Origin: Thermoproteaceae archaeon | GTDB lineage: Archaea; Thermoproteota; Thermoprotei; Thermoproteales; Thermoproteaceae | Reading direction: 5' to 3' | NCBI GenBank assembly: GCA_020833025.1 | Contig: JAJHRB010000016.1 | Span: forward strand, 1-26,179 | DNA length: 26,179 bases | Shown here: positions 17,290 through 24,664 of the stretch, one piece after another | Position numbering within the stretch: the first letter of the stretch is position 1 | Layout of the letters: every line of letters starts with the position of its first letter | Position numbers and translations under genes: made by a program | The notes under the pieces: model-generated | The model's input: only the letters and a program-made list of their open reading frames with translations | What the model was told of the DNA's origin: nothing | The model's database searches: none

Positions 17290-18765
17290 CCGGGGAGACG
17301 CTCTACGCTCTAGAGCGCTCGGTATAGCTAGAGACGTGAGCTTCGTGGATAGCTCACTTGTACTTGAAGAGGGGTAATAGTTTGCTGCTGGGAAAAAATG
17401 TAAGTGTCTTTGGAGAATCTTCGTTGCCATTTCTTTTTGCTTGGGCGTGCCGCTTGCAGCCCTGCCGATGAGATATGTTGCTATCGTCTTTCTAATCGAC
17501 TCGTTTTCTTCTGCCAATTTCAGGAGGTCTGTCATGGCGACGTACGTCACGTAACTGCGGCCGGAGCGAATTATATTCGGTCTGAGTCCGATTGCTTCTA
17601 GCTTTTTGGCGACCTCCGTTGCGTCTTCGAGTTTGGTAGTATAGTATTCGGCCCAGACAGAGCCGCCGTTGCTGATTACTAGGCGTAAAGACATTTCTAT
17701 ACCTGCTATGACTATTCTGTTGCTTCCCCACTTTCTACCACTCTTTTGTTGTTTGTATATTGTTCTAAAAGTATCGTCTGTAGCGAGTTTTATACTAATC
17801 CACTTATGCGATTTGAGCAATTCTAGTAACTTGCCATAGACGCCAGCGGCTTTCCAAAGTTTTGCATATGCCTCCTTGCCTGATGCGATGAGAGCGCTAT
17901 AAGGCCCGATAGCGCGACCCAATTTCCAAGGGTTCTTAGATCCAACTAGTAGGTAGTATCTATTTCTTCGCAGTATATTAGACAGCTCGGCGCTTCCGTC
18001 CCCGAGCCACATTGTGAATAGCGGCATCCATATTCCGTCCTTTGAATATTTGACAACGCGATCTATACTATCTTCTTTATTCTGCTGTTTCCAGCTCTTT
18101 GCTGTCGCCCTCACCAGTATGCTTACTCCTTCCTGTGTTAAATAGACAAAGACAACGCGTATGCGCACCTCTCCGTGCCTTACGGAAATCCATGCGATAA
18201 GCTGCCAAGGCTGAGTGGTGCTCATCGTAGGCCGGTTGCGCTCGCTGCCCTCATCGCTTGCCCTCCAGCCGAGCTGTAACAGCTTGAGACTCTCCTGCGG
18301 GAGCTTCAATATGTCCGGGAAGTACGTGTTTGCGCCTATGCCGTGAATCGGGATAATTGGAGGGAATGGAGGCCTGCTAACGTACATCCATGTCCCATCT
18401 GGCGCGTACAGTCTCTTGCCCCCTATTCGGTAGGTGCCCTCGACAATGGCTTTGTATAGTGTCGTCAGTCTATTCCTTGCCTGCATCCACGCCTCCAGCA
18501 AGAGACACGTCAGCGCGTCCCGGAAGTGCATGAGCTGCCTTCTCTCCTCCTCAGTGAGCGGGAACGTCTCTATTATCTTCCGCACGGCGTAATCGACGTA
18601 GGCGATCCACGCAGGGAAGGCCCAGTCCAGCGGGCCGCGGAGGGCGCCTCGCCTGGAGACCTCCTCAAGCACCTCGTCGAGCGCCGGCGGCCTCTCGGCC
18701 GGTTTCAGTGCAAGCTCCAGGCGGCGCTTGAGCTCCTCCATGCTGGCTGTGGCGCTTTCCTCCAT
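17251..18765 (-). CDS. PaRep2a/2b-family protein with two degenerate LAGLIDADG-like motifs
   Basis: N-terminus LKPAERPPALDEVLEEVSRRGALRGPLDWAFPAW...RLYAPDGTWM resembles Pyrobaculum paREP2 proteins as I recall them; motifs LLQLGWRASDEG (aa162-173) and PLFTMWLGDGS (aa248-258). Confidence 0.8.
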   Translation of the reverse strand: MEESATASMEELKRRLELALKPAERPPALDEVLEEVSRRGALRGPLDWAFPAWIAYVDYAVRKIIETFPLTEEERRQLMHFRDALTCLLLEAWMQARNRLTTLYKAIVEGTYRIGGKRLYAPDGTWMYVSRPPFPPIIPIHGIGANTYFPDILKLPQESLKLLQLGWRASDEGSERNRPTMSTTQPWQLIAWISVRHGEVRIRVVFVYLTQEGVSILVRATAKSWKQQNKEDSIDRVVKYSKDGIWMPLFTMWLGDGSAELSNILRRNRYYLLVGSKNPWKLGRAIGPYSALIASGKEAYAKLWKAAGVYGKLLELLKSHKWISIKLATDDTFRTIYKQQKSGRKWGSNRIVIAGIEMSLRLVISNGGSVWAEYYTTKLEDATEVAKKLEAIGLRPNIIRSGRSYVTYVAMTDLLKLAEENESIRKTIATYLIGRAASGTPKQKEMATKILQRHLHFFPAANYYPSSSTSELSTKLTSLAIPSALERRASPRQDGVASGALRRA

Positions 18766-19037
18766 GGCGCGCGGAGATGCGCCGGGATATAAGCGGGCGC
18801 GGTAAGCAGGCGCGACCGCGGTGGGCTGGAAGTTTTGGCGCGCACTTGAGCGGCGGGCGCCCTCCAGGGGCCTGTACCAGCGTAGTGCCCACCGCGGCGC
18901 GCGCCGATCACGACGCAGCGCGCGACCCCGCGCGGCAGCACCAGGGCCGGAGGCGCGCGAACTCGGCCACGAAAGGCGCAGGCCCCGCGCATTAGGCTTT
19001 CGACTCCCCGCCCCGCTGCCAAAGAGGGCTGAGGTTA
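17290..19037 (-). mobile_element. ~1.75-kb insertion (PaRep2/LAGLIDADG-like cassette) splitting the radical SAM gene
   Basis: Lies between the two collinear halves of one enzyme; carries its own promoter and a single ORF; much of it is markedly lower in GC than the flanks. Exact ends are inferred from frame restoration (+/-1 nt ambiguity; one alternative junction possible). Confidence 0.8.
18787..18792 (-). promoter_or_regulatory. TATA box inside the insertion, driving the PaRep2 ORF
   Basis: TTATAT on the minus strand ~22 nt before ATG 18765, in otherwise very GC-rich sequence. Confidence 0.6.
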
Positions 19038-19348
19038 CTCACATGCCAATTCTGGCACCACGCGCACGGGAAGTTGCAAGCCCACGTGCTGATTGTCAGG
19101 GCAGACGTGCCGGGGTAGAAGTGATACAGCGGCTTTATCTCCATGGGCCTGGACTCTGCTGCCGTCAGCAGGCCGTACGCGGCGGTGTACAACTTGCCGC
19201 GCAGGTTAAACCTCATGCCGCACGCACCGATAGCGCCGTCGCGAAGCCTGCACTTGCGGTGGCACAGAGTGCACATCACCACGTCGCCGAGTCTCACGGA
19301 GTAGTGCGACTCGCGGACGTTCTGGAGTCTCAAGAGGCGCTCGCTCAC
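19038..19348 (-). pseudogene. Radical SAM enzyme, 5' part (contains CxxxCxxC), interrupted gene
   Basis: CTLCHRKC, GACGMRFN, PMEIKPLYHFYPG and CNFPCAWCQNW, typical of the AmmeMemoRadiSam radical SAM enzyme; GTG 19348 with TTTATT ~25 nt upstream. Confidence 0.9.
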
Positions 19349-19563
19349 AGTGTAGACCGCTTGGGGCCATGAATAAACCGGCACGGCGTGTAGGCTGCCC
19401 GCGTAAAAAGCTGCGCGCAAGGCATAAAAACGAGGGCGCAGAAGCGCGCGAGGAGCAGTGACTGCCGAGGGCGAGCCTGAACGCCCGTGTTGACACCGGG
19501 CCGGCGAGACAGGCCGGCGCGCCAGTCACATTGAAGCTTTAATTCGCGAGCGCCGCGCCAGCA

Positions 19564-20718
19564 GTGGCGCTTCCGAGAGCGTTCGTGACGTCCGTCGTGG
19601 GCTCGTGGCCGCGCCCGCCGTGGCTCATAGATGCATTCGAGCGGTACAGCAAAGGCGCGCTCGACCAGCAGCTGCTAAACCAGTACCTAGACGATGCCGT
19701 AAAGCTGGCCATCAAGGACCAGGAAGAGGCTGGCATCGACGTGATAACTGACGGCGAGCAGAGGCGCGTGTCTTTCGTCGCATTTTTGGGCCAGAAGGTG
19801 CGCGGATTTAGGGTCGTGAGGGTCGAGGAGCTCCACCCGAGCGCGAGGGAGATAATGAGGAGACACAAGGCGCCCCTGACGCTGTGGCGCCCGGTTATAG
19901 CGGGGTATATCGAGGACAGCATTATAGCACTTGACGAGGTGCAGTACGCCAAGAGGGTGACGCAGAAGCCGCTCAAGGTGACGCTGCCCTCGCCTTATCT
20001 AGTCATGTGGGAGTCGTGGCACGCGCAGATATCATCGCCGTACTACCCGAGACCGGAGGACGCGGCCGAGGCCTACGTGAGGGTGCTCAGAAAGGAGATC
20101 TCCAGGTTGATAGACGCGGGCGTCGCCTTCGTGCAGCTCGACGAGCCAATGCTGGGAGACCTCTTAGAAGCCGAGCCGGACAAGCCGGACCGCTACAAGC
20201 GCGTCGTGTCGGAGATATACGGCCAGAAGTACAGAGGGCTCCGCGACGAGATCCAGCTCGCCGTGGATCTAATAAACGAGGCCGTGGGCGGCTACATCAC
20301 GTCTGTGCGCGTCGGGGTTCACTTAGACAGGTGGCCCGCCGAGGACTCTCCCGTCGTGGGTTACGAGAGGCTGGCGCCGCATATCTTTGACCTCAAGACG
20401 AAGCAGTACGTCGTTGAGTACAAGCACCCGCGCATGGGCGACCCGGAGGAGTTCGCGAGGGTGCTGCCGAGCGACAAGGAAATAGGCCTGGGCTCGGTAG
20501 ACGTCAGAGATGCAGGACGCGTTGAGACCGTGGAGGAGGTGGTGGCGCACGTTGAGAGGGTGGCAAAACATGTCGACCCCGCTCGCATTTGGATAAACCC
20601 TGACTGCGGATTCGCGCCGGGCATGTACCGCGCGTTCCCGAGATCCGTGGCGCTTGAGAAGCTGAAGGTAATGGTAAGGGCGGCGAGACTCCTCCGCGAG
20701 CGCTACTGGTGGGCGTGA
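19564..20718 (+). CDS. metE: Cobalamin-independent methionine synthase-like protein (catalytic/core domain only)
   Basis: TSVVGSWPRP, QEEAGIDVITDGEQRR, VQLDEP, VVEY, GLGSVDV, WINPDCGF; single-barrel size; H-x-C Zn motif appears as H-L-D. Confidence 0.8.
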   Translation: MALPRAFVTSVVGSWPRPPWLIDAFERYSKGALDQQLLNQYLDDAVKLAIKDQEEAGIDVITDGEQRRVSFVAFLGQKVRGFRVVRVEELHPSAREIMRRHKAPLTLWRPVIAGYIEDSIIALDEVQYAKRVTQKPLKVTLPSPYLVMWESWHAQISSPYYPRPEDAAEAYVRVLRKEISRLIDAGVAFVQLDEPMLGDLLEAEPDKPDRYKRVVSEIYGQKYRGLRDEIQLAVDLINEAVGGYITSVRVGVHLDRWPAEDSPVVGYERLAPHIFDLKTKQYVVEYKHPRMGDPEEFARVLPSDKEIGLGSVDVRDAGRVETVEEVVAHVERVAKHVDPARIWINPDCGFAPGMYRAFPRSVALEKLKVMVRAARLLRERYWWA

Positions 20719-20746
20719 GGCGGCCTGTCGGCGACAGGGCTGCACG

Positions 20747-20754
20747 TTTTTATA
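20747..20754 (+). promoter_or_regulatory. TATA box for rps5-rpl30
   Basis: TTTTTATA upstream of GTG 20771/20777. Confidence 0.55.
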
Positions 20755-20770
20755 GGCCCTAGCCCCTGCC

Positions 20771-21382
20771 GTGCACGTGAGCGCCGACCTCAGCACGTGG
20801 GAGCCAAAAACGGAGCTCGGGCGGATGGTGAAGGAGGGCAAGATAAGGACGATTGACGAGATTTTTGCAAATAACTACGTCATAAAGGAGCCGGAAATAG
20901 TCGACTACCTGCTGCCAGGCCTTAAGCACGAGCTCCTCAACATAAACATCGTGCAGAGACAGACTCACGCCGGAGAGCGCAGCCAGTTTCAGGTCGTTGT
21001 GGCTGTCGGGAGCGAGGATGGCTACGTTGGCATTGGCGTGGGTAAGGCGAGGCAGGTGAGGCAGGCAGTAGAGAAGGCAATTAAGGACGCCAAGCTTAAC
21101 ATAATCCCCGTTAGGCGTGGTTGCGGGTCGTGGAAGTGCTCTTGCGAGGAGCCCCACAGCGTGCCGTTTGTCGTCGAGGGAAAGTCGGGCAGCGTCAGAG
21201 TTAGGGTAATACCGGCGCCAAAGGGCGCGGGGCTCGTGGCGGGGGGCGTGGCTAAGGTCGTGTTAAGACTGGCCGGCATTAGAGACGCGTGGACGCAGAC
21301 GCGAGGCGACACAAGAACTACTCTGAACTTCGCCAAGGCCGTCTACGCCGCGCTGTACAACACCTATCGTTTCAAGTTGTGA
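20771..21382 (+). CDS. rps5: 30S ribosomal protein S5 (uS5)
   Basis: [41 protein letters not shown]; true start may be GTG 20777. Confidence 0.97.
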   Translation: MHVSADLSTWEPKTELGRMVKEGKIRTIDEIFANNYVIKEPEIVDYLLPGLKHELLNINIVQRQTHAGERSQFQVVVAVGSEDGYVGIGVGKARQVRQAVEKAIKDAKLNIIPVRRGCGSWKCSCEEPHSVPFVVEGKSGSVRVRVIPAPKGAGLVAGGVAKVVLRLAGIRDAWTQTRGDTRTTLNFAKAVYAALYNTYRFKL

Positions 21383-21386
21383 GGCC

Positions 21387-21917
21387 GTGGCAGAGCAGAA
21401 GGTAATTTACCCGCGCTATGCCGTCATAAGGCTCAGGGGCATTCCGGGGACGTCAAGAGACGTAGAGGCGACGCTGTACTTGCTGAGACTCAGGCGGAAG
21501 TTCACCATGGTGGTTGTCAGAGGGACTCCCAGCATAACGAAAATGATTGAGGAGGTGAACGACTTGGTCACGTGGGGCGAGATAGACGCAGATACTCTGG
21601 CGGAGGTTCTGAGGAAGAGAGGGAGAATTGTCGGGGACAGACCGCTCATGCTTGATTACTTGAGGAAGTGGGGCTGGCAGTCATTTGACGAAGTCGCCCT
21701 GGCTTACGTCTCCGGCGATATTGACTATCTGGCGTGCGGCAGGAAAGTGCGCGTGAGGGAGGGCGAGAGGGCGCCTTGCATCCCGCACCTCAAGCCGTTC
21801 TTCAGGCTTCACCCGCCGCGAGGAGGCCTTAACAGCATAAAGCGGCACTTCTCAGTCGGCGGCGATCTAGGCTACAGGGGGCCTTTCATAAATGAGCTAA
21901 TCCGCCGGATGCTCTAG
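21387..21917 (+). CDS. rpl30: 50S ribosomal protein L30 (uL30, archaeal long form)
   Basis: [39 protein letters not shown]...INELIRRM. Confidence 0.96.
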   Translation: MAEQKVIYPRYAVIRLRGIPGTSRDVEATLYLLRLRRKFTMVVVRGTPSITKMIEEVNDLVTWGEIDADTLAEVLRKRGRIVGDRPLMLDYLRKWGWQSFDEVALAYVSGDIDYLACGRKVRVREGERAPCIPHLKPFFRLHPPRGGLNSIKRHFSVGGDLGYRGPFINELIRRML

Positions 21918-22522
21918 CCCCACCCGAGGAAGATATAGGCCAGCAGGGCTACCGCCGCGGCAAAGACAGCAAGCCACAGCCTGAAGTCCGCCTCGAGGGC
22001 CTTCCTGCCGTCAAGGGGTCCCAGAGGCAGTAAGTTGAAAACCGCGAGCCACGCGTTTATGTAAGTGAACAGCTCGAGCCACGGCGAGTGAATTTGGCAG
22101 AGCAGCGCAATTCCGGCAGCGGAGAGGGCGAGATTTGTGAGCGGCCCGGCGACAGAGATGAAAAACATGTCGCGCCTCAGGTCCTCGCGCCAGAAATGCC
22201 CGCGCGGGATGACAACAACGGCGCCCGGCGCGGCGAAAATGAAGCCGAAGAGCAGCGGTATGAGGAGAGAGAGCGCAAGGAACAAGTAGTCAGCCTGGTA
22301 GAATGCGTAGTGGCCGAACCTTCTGGCAACCTGCCTGTGCGCGAGCTCGTGGAGCGCAAACGCGAAGAGCAGTATTACAAGTACGGCTGGCAGGTAGCTC
22401 AACGCCCTGGCCCAGTTAATGCCGCCGAGAAGCCCCCTGCCGGACATCGCGACTGCAAATCCCAGAGAGAGCGCGAGCAGCGACACCGCCATGTCCAGCG
22501 CCTCGCGCGCCCGGATTCCCAC
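21914..22522 (-). CDS. M50-family (site-2) membrane zinc metalloprotease
   Basis: [28 protein letters not shown]; GTG 22522 preferred (ATTTAA promoter ~20 nt upstream); ORF track start is 22594. Confidence 0.88.
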   Translation of the reverse strand: MGIRAREALDMAVSLLALSLGFAVAMSGRGLLGGINWARALSYLPAVLVILLFAFALHELAHRQVARRFGHYAFYQADYLFLALSLLIPLLFGFIFAAPGAVVVIPRGHFWREDLRRDMFFISVAGPLTNLALSAAGIALLCQIHSPWLELFTYINAWLAVFNLLPLGPLDGRKALEADFRLWLAVFAAAVALLAYIFLGWG

Positions 22523-22894
22523 CCCGCGTACTGCGGGGCCCCTTAAATGCATTGTGCTTTCAGCCCCCTTTGAGGCTCCGAGCACTCTGGACACTTTTCT
22601 TCACGCTCTTCCAGGCATTTCTGCAGTAGCTTGCATGCCCCGCGCACTGCACTCGATTATTGCAAGTGGGCACTGCGGCAAGCCAGCACGAGCGCCGGCA
22701 GCCTTGGCTTGGGCTCGCGAAAGTGCGAGCTGGTGTATAACAGGGCACGCCTGCCGTAGTACTTGATAATCGCTGCGGCGAGCGGGCAACTGCCCTGCCG
22801 GGGGCAGAACTCCCGCCCGGGAGGCCTGGCGGCGCCCCGGGCCCCCTCCGGGGGCGGCCGGGAGCTGAAATGATGCAGGCATGACAAAAAGCAA

Positions 22895-23605
22895 GGCAAG
22901 CCCTGCCCCTCAGGGCGGGGTTGAGACAGAGAGGTTTACTGGCCTGCCCTCGGTAACGCTCACGCCCGGGGGCGGTGCCCCACGCCGGATGGGCGGGCGG
23001 GGCGACTCCCTGCCGTTTTCACCGCCCCGGGCTGGAAAGCCTTGGAAATCTTCAGCCACAGCGACGTTGCCATTCTAGTTAAGGGCTCCGCCATGAGGGC
23101 TGAGTACTACTGGTGGAGGCGGGAGATAGGCACGTACCAAGCGGCTAGGGACTGGCTTAGAGGCCGCGGATTCGAGACTTGGAAGAGGTACACGCCCTCT
23201 ACTTGCGCGCTACTCGCAAGAGGTAGGAGAGGCTTAGGCACTACTACAGGACGGCGGTTAGATTTCTTGAACCCTCCACATGGCTGGCGTTGATGGAGTG
23301 TATGTCGGCTGGGCGAGGTGCTGCAGGAGTACGGGATTAGGCTTAGAGTCATGAACGAGTACGTAACCAGCAAGCTGCGCTCGGCCTGCGGCCTTAAGCG
23401 TGAAAAACGGCAGGGTGAAACGTGGCCTATACGTCTGCAAGAGGCGTGAGGATAGACGCAGACCTAAACGCTTCGAGAAGCATCGCAAAGAGGGCTGGCT
23501 ATGTAGAGCCAGTCCCGAAACTGAGTTACGTAGTAACCGCACACGGAATAAGACCATTAACCCCCGCGGTGGAGGCCCCGCCCCTCTAGGGCGTGGAGGG
23601 GGTCA
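22895..23605 (+). mobile_element. Decayed non-autonomous IS200/IS605-family element with both terminal hairpins
   Basis: Left hairpin CCCTGCCC-CTCA-GGGCGGGG (22901-20); right hairpin CCCCGCCC-CTCTA-GGGCGTGG (23576-96) followed by GAGGGGGTCA; tnpB remnants between. True left boundary is probably some bases further upstream. Confidence 0.8.
23040..23590 (+). pseudogene. tnpB: tnpB pseudogene (deleted, frameshifted)
   Basis: Fragments in shifting frames: VAILVKGS...YWWRREI, RLRHYYRTAVRFL after an in-frame TAG (23224), GVDGVYVG, VMNEYVTSKLRSACG, GRVKRGLYVC, DADLNASRSIA. Confidence 0.85.
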
Positions 23606-23608
23606 TCT

Positions 23609-24664
23609 CTACTCGCCCAGGGCTATCTTGAGCGCGCTCACGAACTTTCTCATCACCGGAATTGGCGCCAGCGTGAAGCGCAAGCACGAGTTGCAGAGAG
23701 GCCTCCCCTCTATAACCCGCACGACGAAGCCGCGACCCTCGAGGAAGGCCGCGACGCGCCTCGCGTCCGGCAGCTTCAGAGTCACGAAGTTCACCGGGCC
23801 GTGGTACTTGTCAGCGCCTATCTGGCGCACCGCCCACTCTCTGACAGCCTCGGCCTCGCGAATTGACCTCTCGACGTACGGCCTCCCCGCATCCAGCGCG
23901 CACTCGACCGCCTTGGCGGAAAGCGCTGACACTGGATGCGGGAGCGAGAGCGACTTCATGAGCTCGATGATGTGCTTGGGCGCGACCACGTACCCCACCC
24001 TCAGCCCGGCGAGCCCCCACGCCTTGGAAAACGTCCTAACCTCCACCACATTTCCGTACTCGTAAAACTTCGGGACCCAGTATCCTGCAAATTCTGCGTA
24101 GGCGGCGTCATATATCAAGAGTCCCTCGAGCCTCGCCGCGAGGTCCTCCAGCTCTCTCACCACGTGCGCGGTCGGGTTATTGGGAGAGCACACGTAAACC
24201 GCGCCAGCTCCGAGCCTGACTATCTCGTCGACGTCGAGCGAGAGGTCCTCTCTAAATGTCGTCACTGTCACGCCGAGGCCAAGCTGCCTGGCCAGAATGC
24301 TTGCCATTGCGTACGTCGGCTCAATTACTGCAAGAGACTTGCCCGCGCCCGCGTGGGCTGCCAGAGACATTGCAAGCCTGAGCCCCTCATCTGCCCCAGC
24401 CGTGACGAGCACGGTCCCTCCGGGCAGTCCGTGGAACTCCTCGATTCTCTTAGAGAGCCTGGCGTTGTGCGGATCGGTGTAGTACCTCAAATCCAGCGGT
24501 GACGCCCGCGGCATCACGATGTCGTAATACTCGTCCGGGAGGAATAGATTTTCATTAAAGTGCAGTCTTACCTTGTCGTGACCGACGTCAGGCTCGTCGT
24601 AGCGGAAGTCAAGGGCGGGAGGCCTGAAGCGGCCCCCCTTCCCATCTCGGCGCGTGCGCTGCAT
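23609..24664 (-). CDS. hisC: Histidinol-phosphate aminotransferase (PLP fold I)
   Basis: HFNEN, TAGADEG, CSPNNPT, DAAYAEF, RTFSKAWGLAGLRVGY; ATG 24664 with AATATAT promoter ~25 nt upstream. Confidence 0.85.
   Translation of the reverse strand: MQRTRRDGKGGRFRPPALDFRYDEPDVGHDKVRLHFNENLFLPDEYYDIVMPRASPLDLRYYTDPHNARLSKRIEEFHGLPGGTVLVTAGADEGLRLAMSLAAHAGAGKSLAVIEPTYAMASILARQLGLGVTVTTFREDLSLDVDEIVRLGAGAVYVCSPNNPTAHVVRELEDLAARLEGLLIYDAAYAEFAGYWVPKFYEYGNVVEVRTFSKAWGLAGLRVGYVVAPKHIIELMKSLSLPHPVSALSAKAVECALDAGRPYVERSIREAEAVREWAVRQIGADKYHGPVNFVTLKLPDARRVAAFLEGRGFVVRVIEGRPLCNSCLRFTLAPIPVMRKFVSALKIALGE

Noticed and set aside
16605-17327. 240-aa plus-strand ORF
   Set aside because: Antisense shadow of the radical SAM 3' half.
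18705-19022. 105-aa and other small ORFs in the insert's upstream end
   Set aside because: Arg/Ala/Pro-rich products of very GC-rich structured DNA; no coding signal.
17290-19037. Insert as an intein, group I intron, group II intron or canonical BHB intron
   Set aside because: Not in frame with the host protein and no Cys/Ser...His-Asn termini; no GUGYG...AY ends; no U-G P1 or recognisable P7; manual register tests gave at best a 3/4 central helix with a weak exon stem. The mechanism is left open.
17336-19042. GTGAG as a 5-bp target-site duplication
   Set aside because: Using the minus-strand GTGAG copies near 17357 and 19042 as a TSD gives a joined frame with a stop after 9 codons, so it does not restore the gene.
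19458-19510. Second C/D-box sRNA
   Set aside because: Spacing fits (7-12-CTGA-6-7-12) but the C, C' and D boxes are too degenerate (GTGACTG, GTGTTGA, GAGA); kept only as a generic structured-RNA candidate.
23400-24065. 221-aa plus-strand ORF
   Set aside because: Chimera of a tnpB pseudogene fragment and the antisense of hisC.
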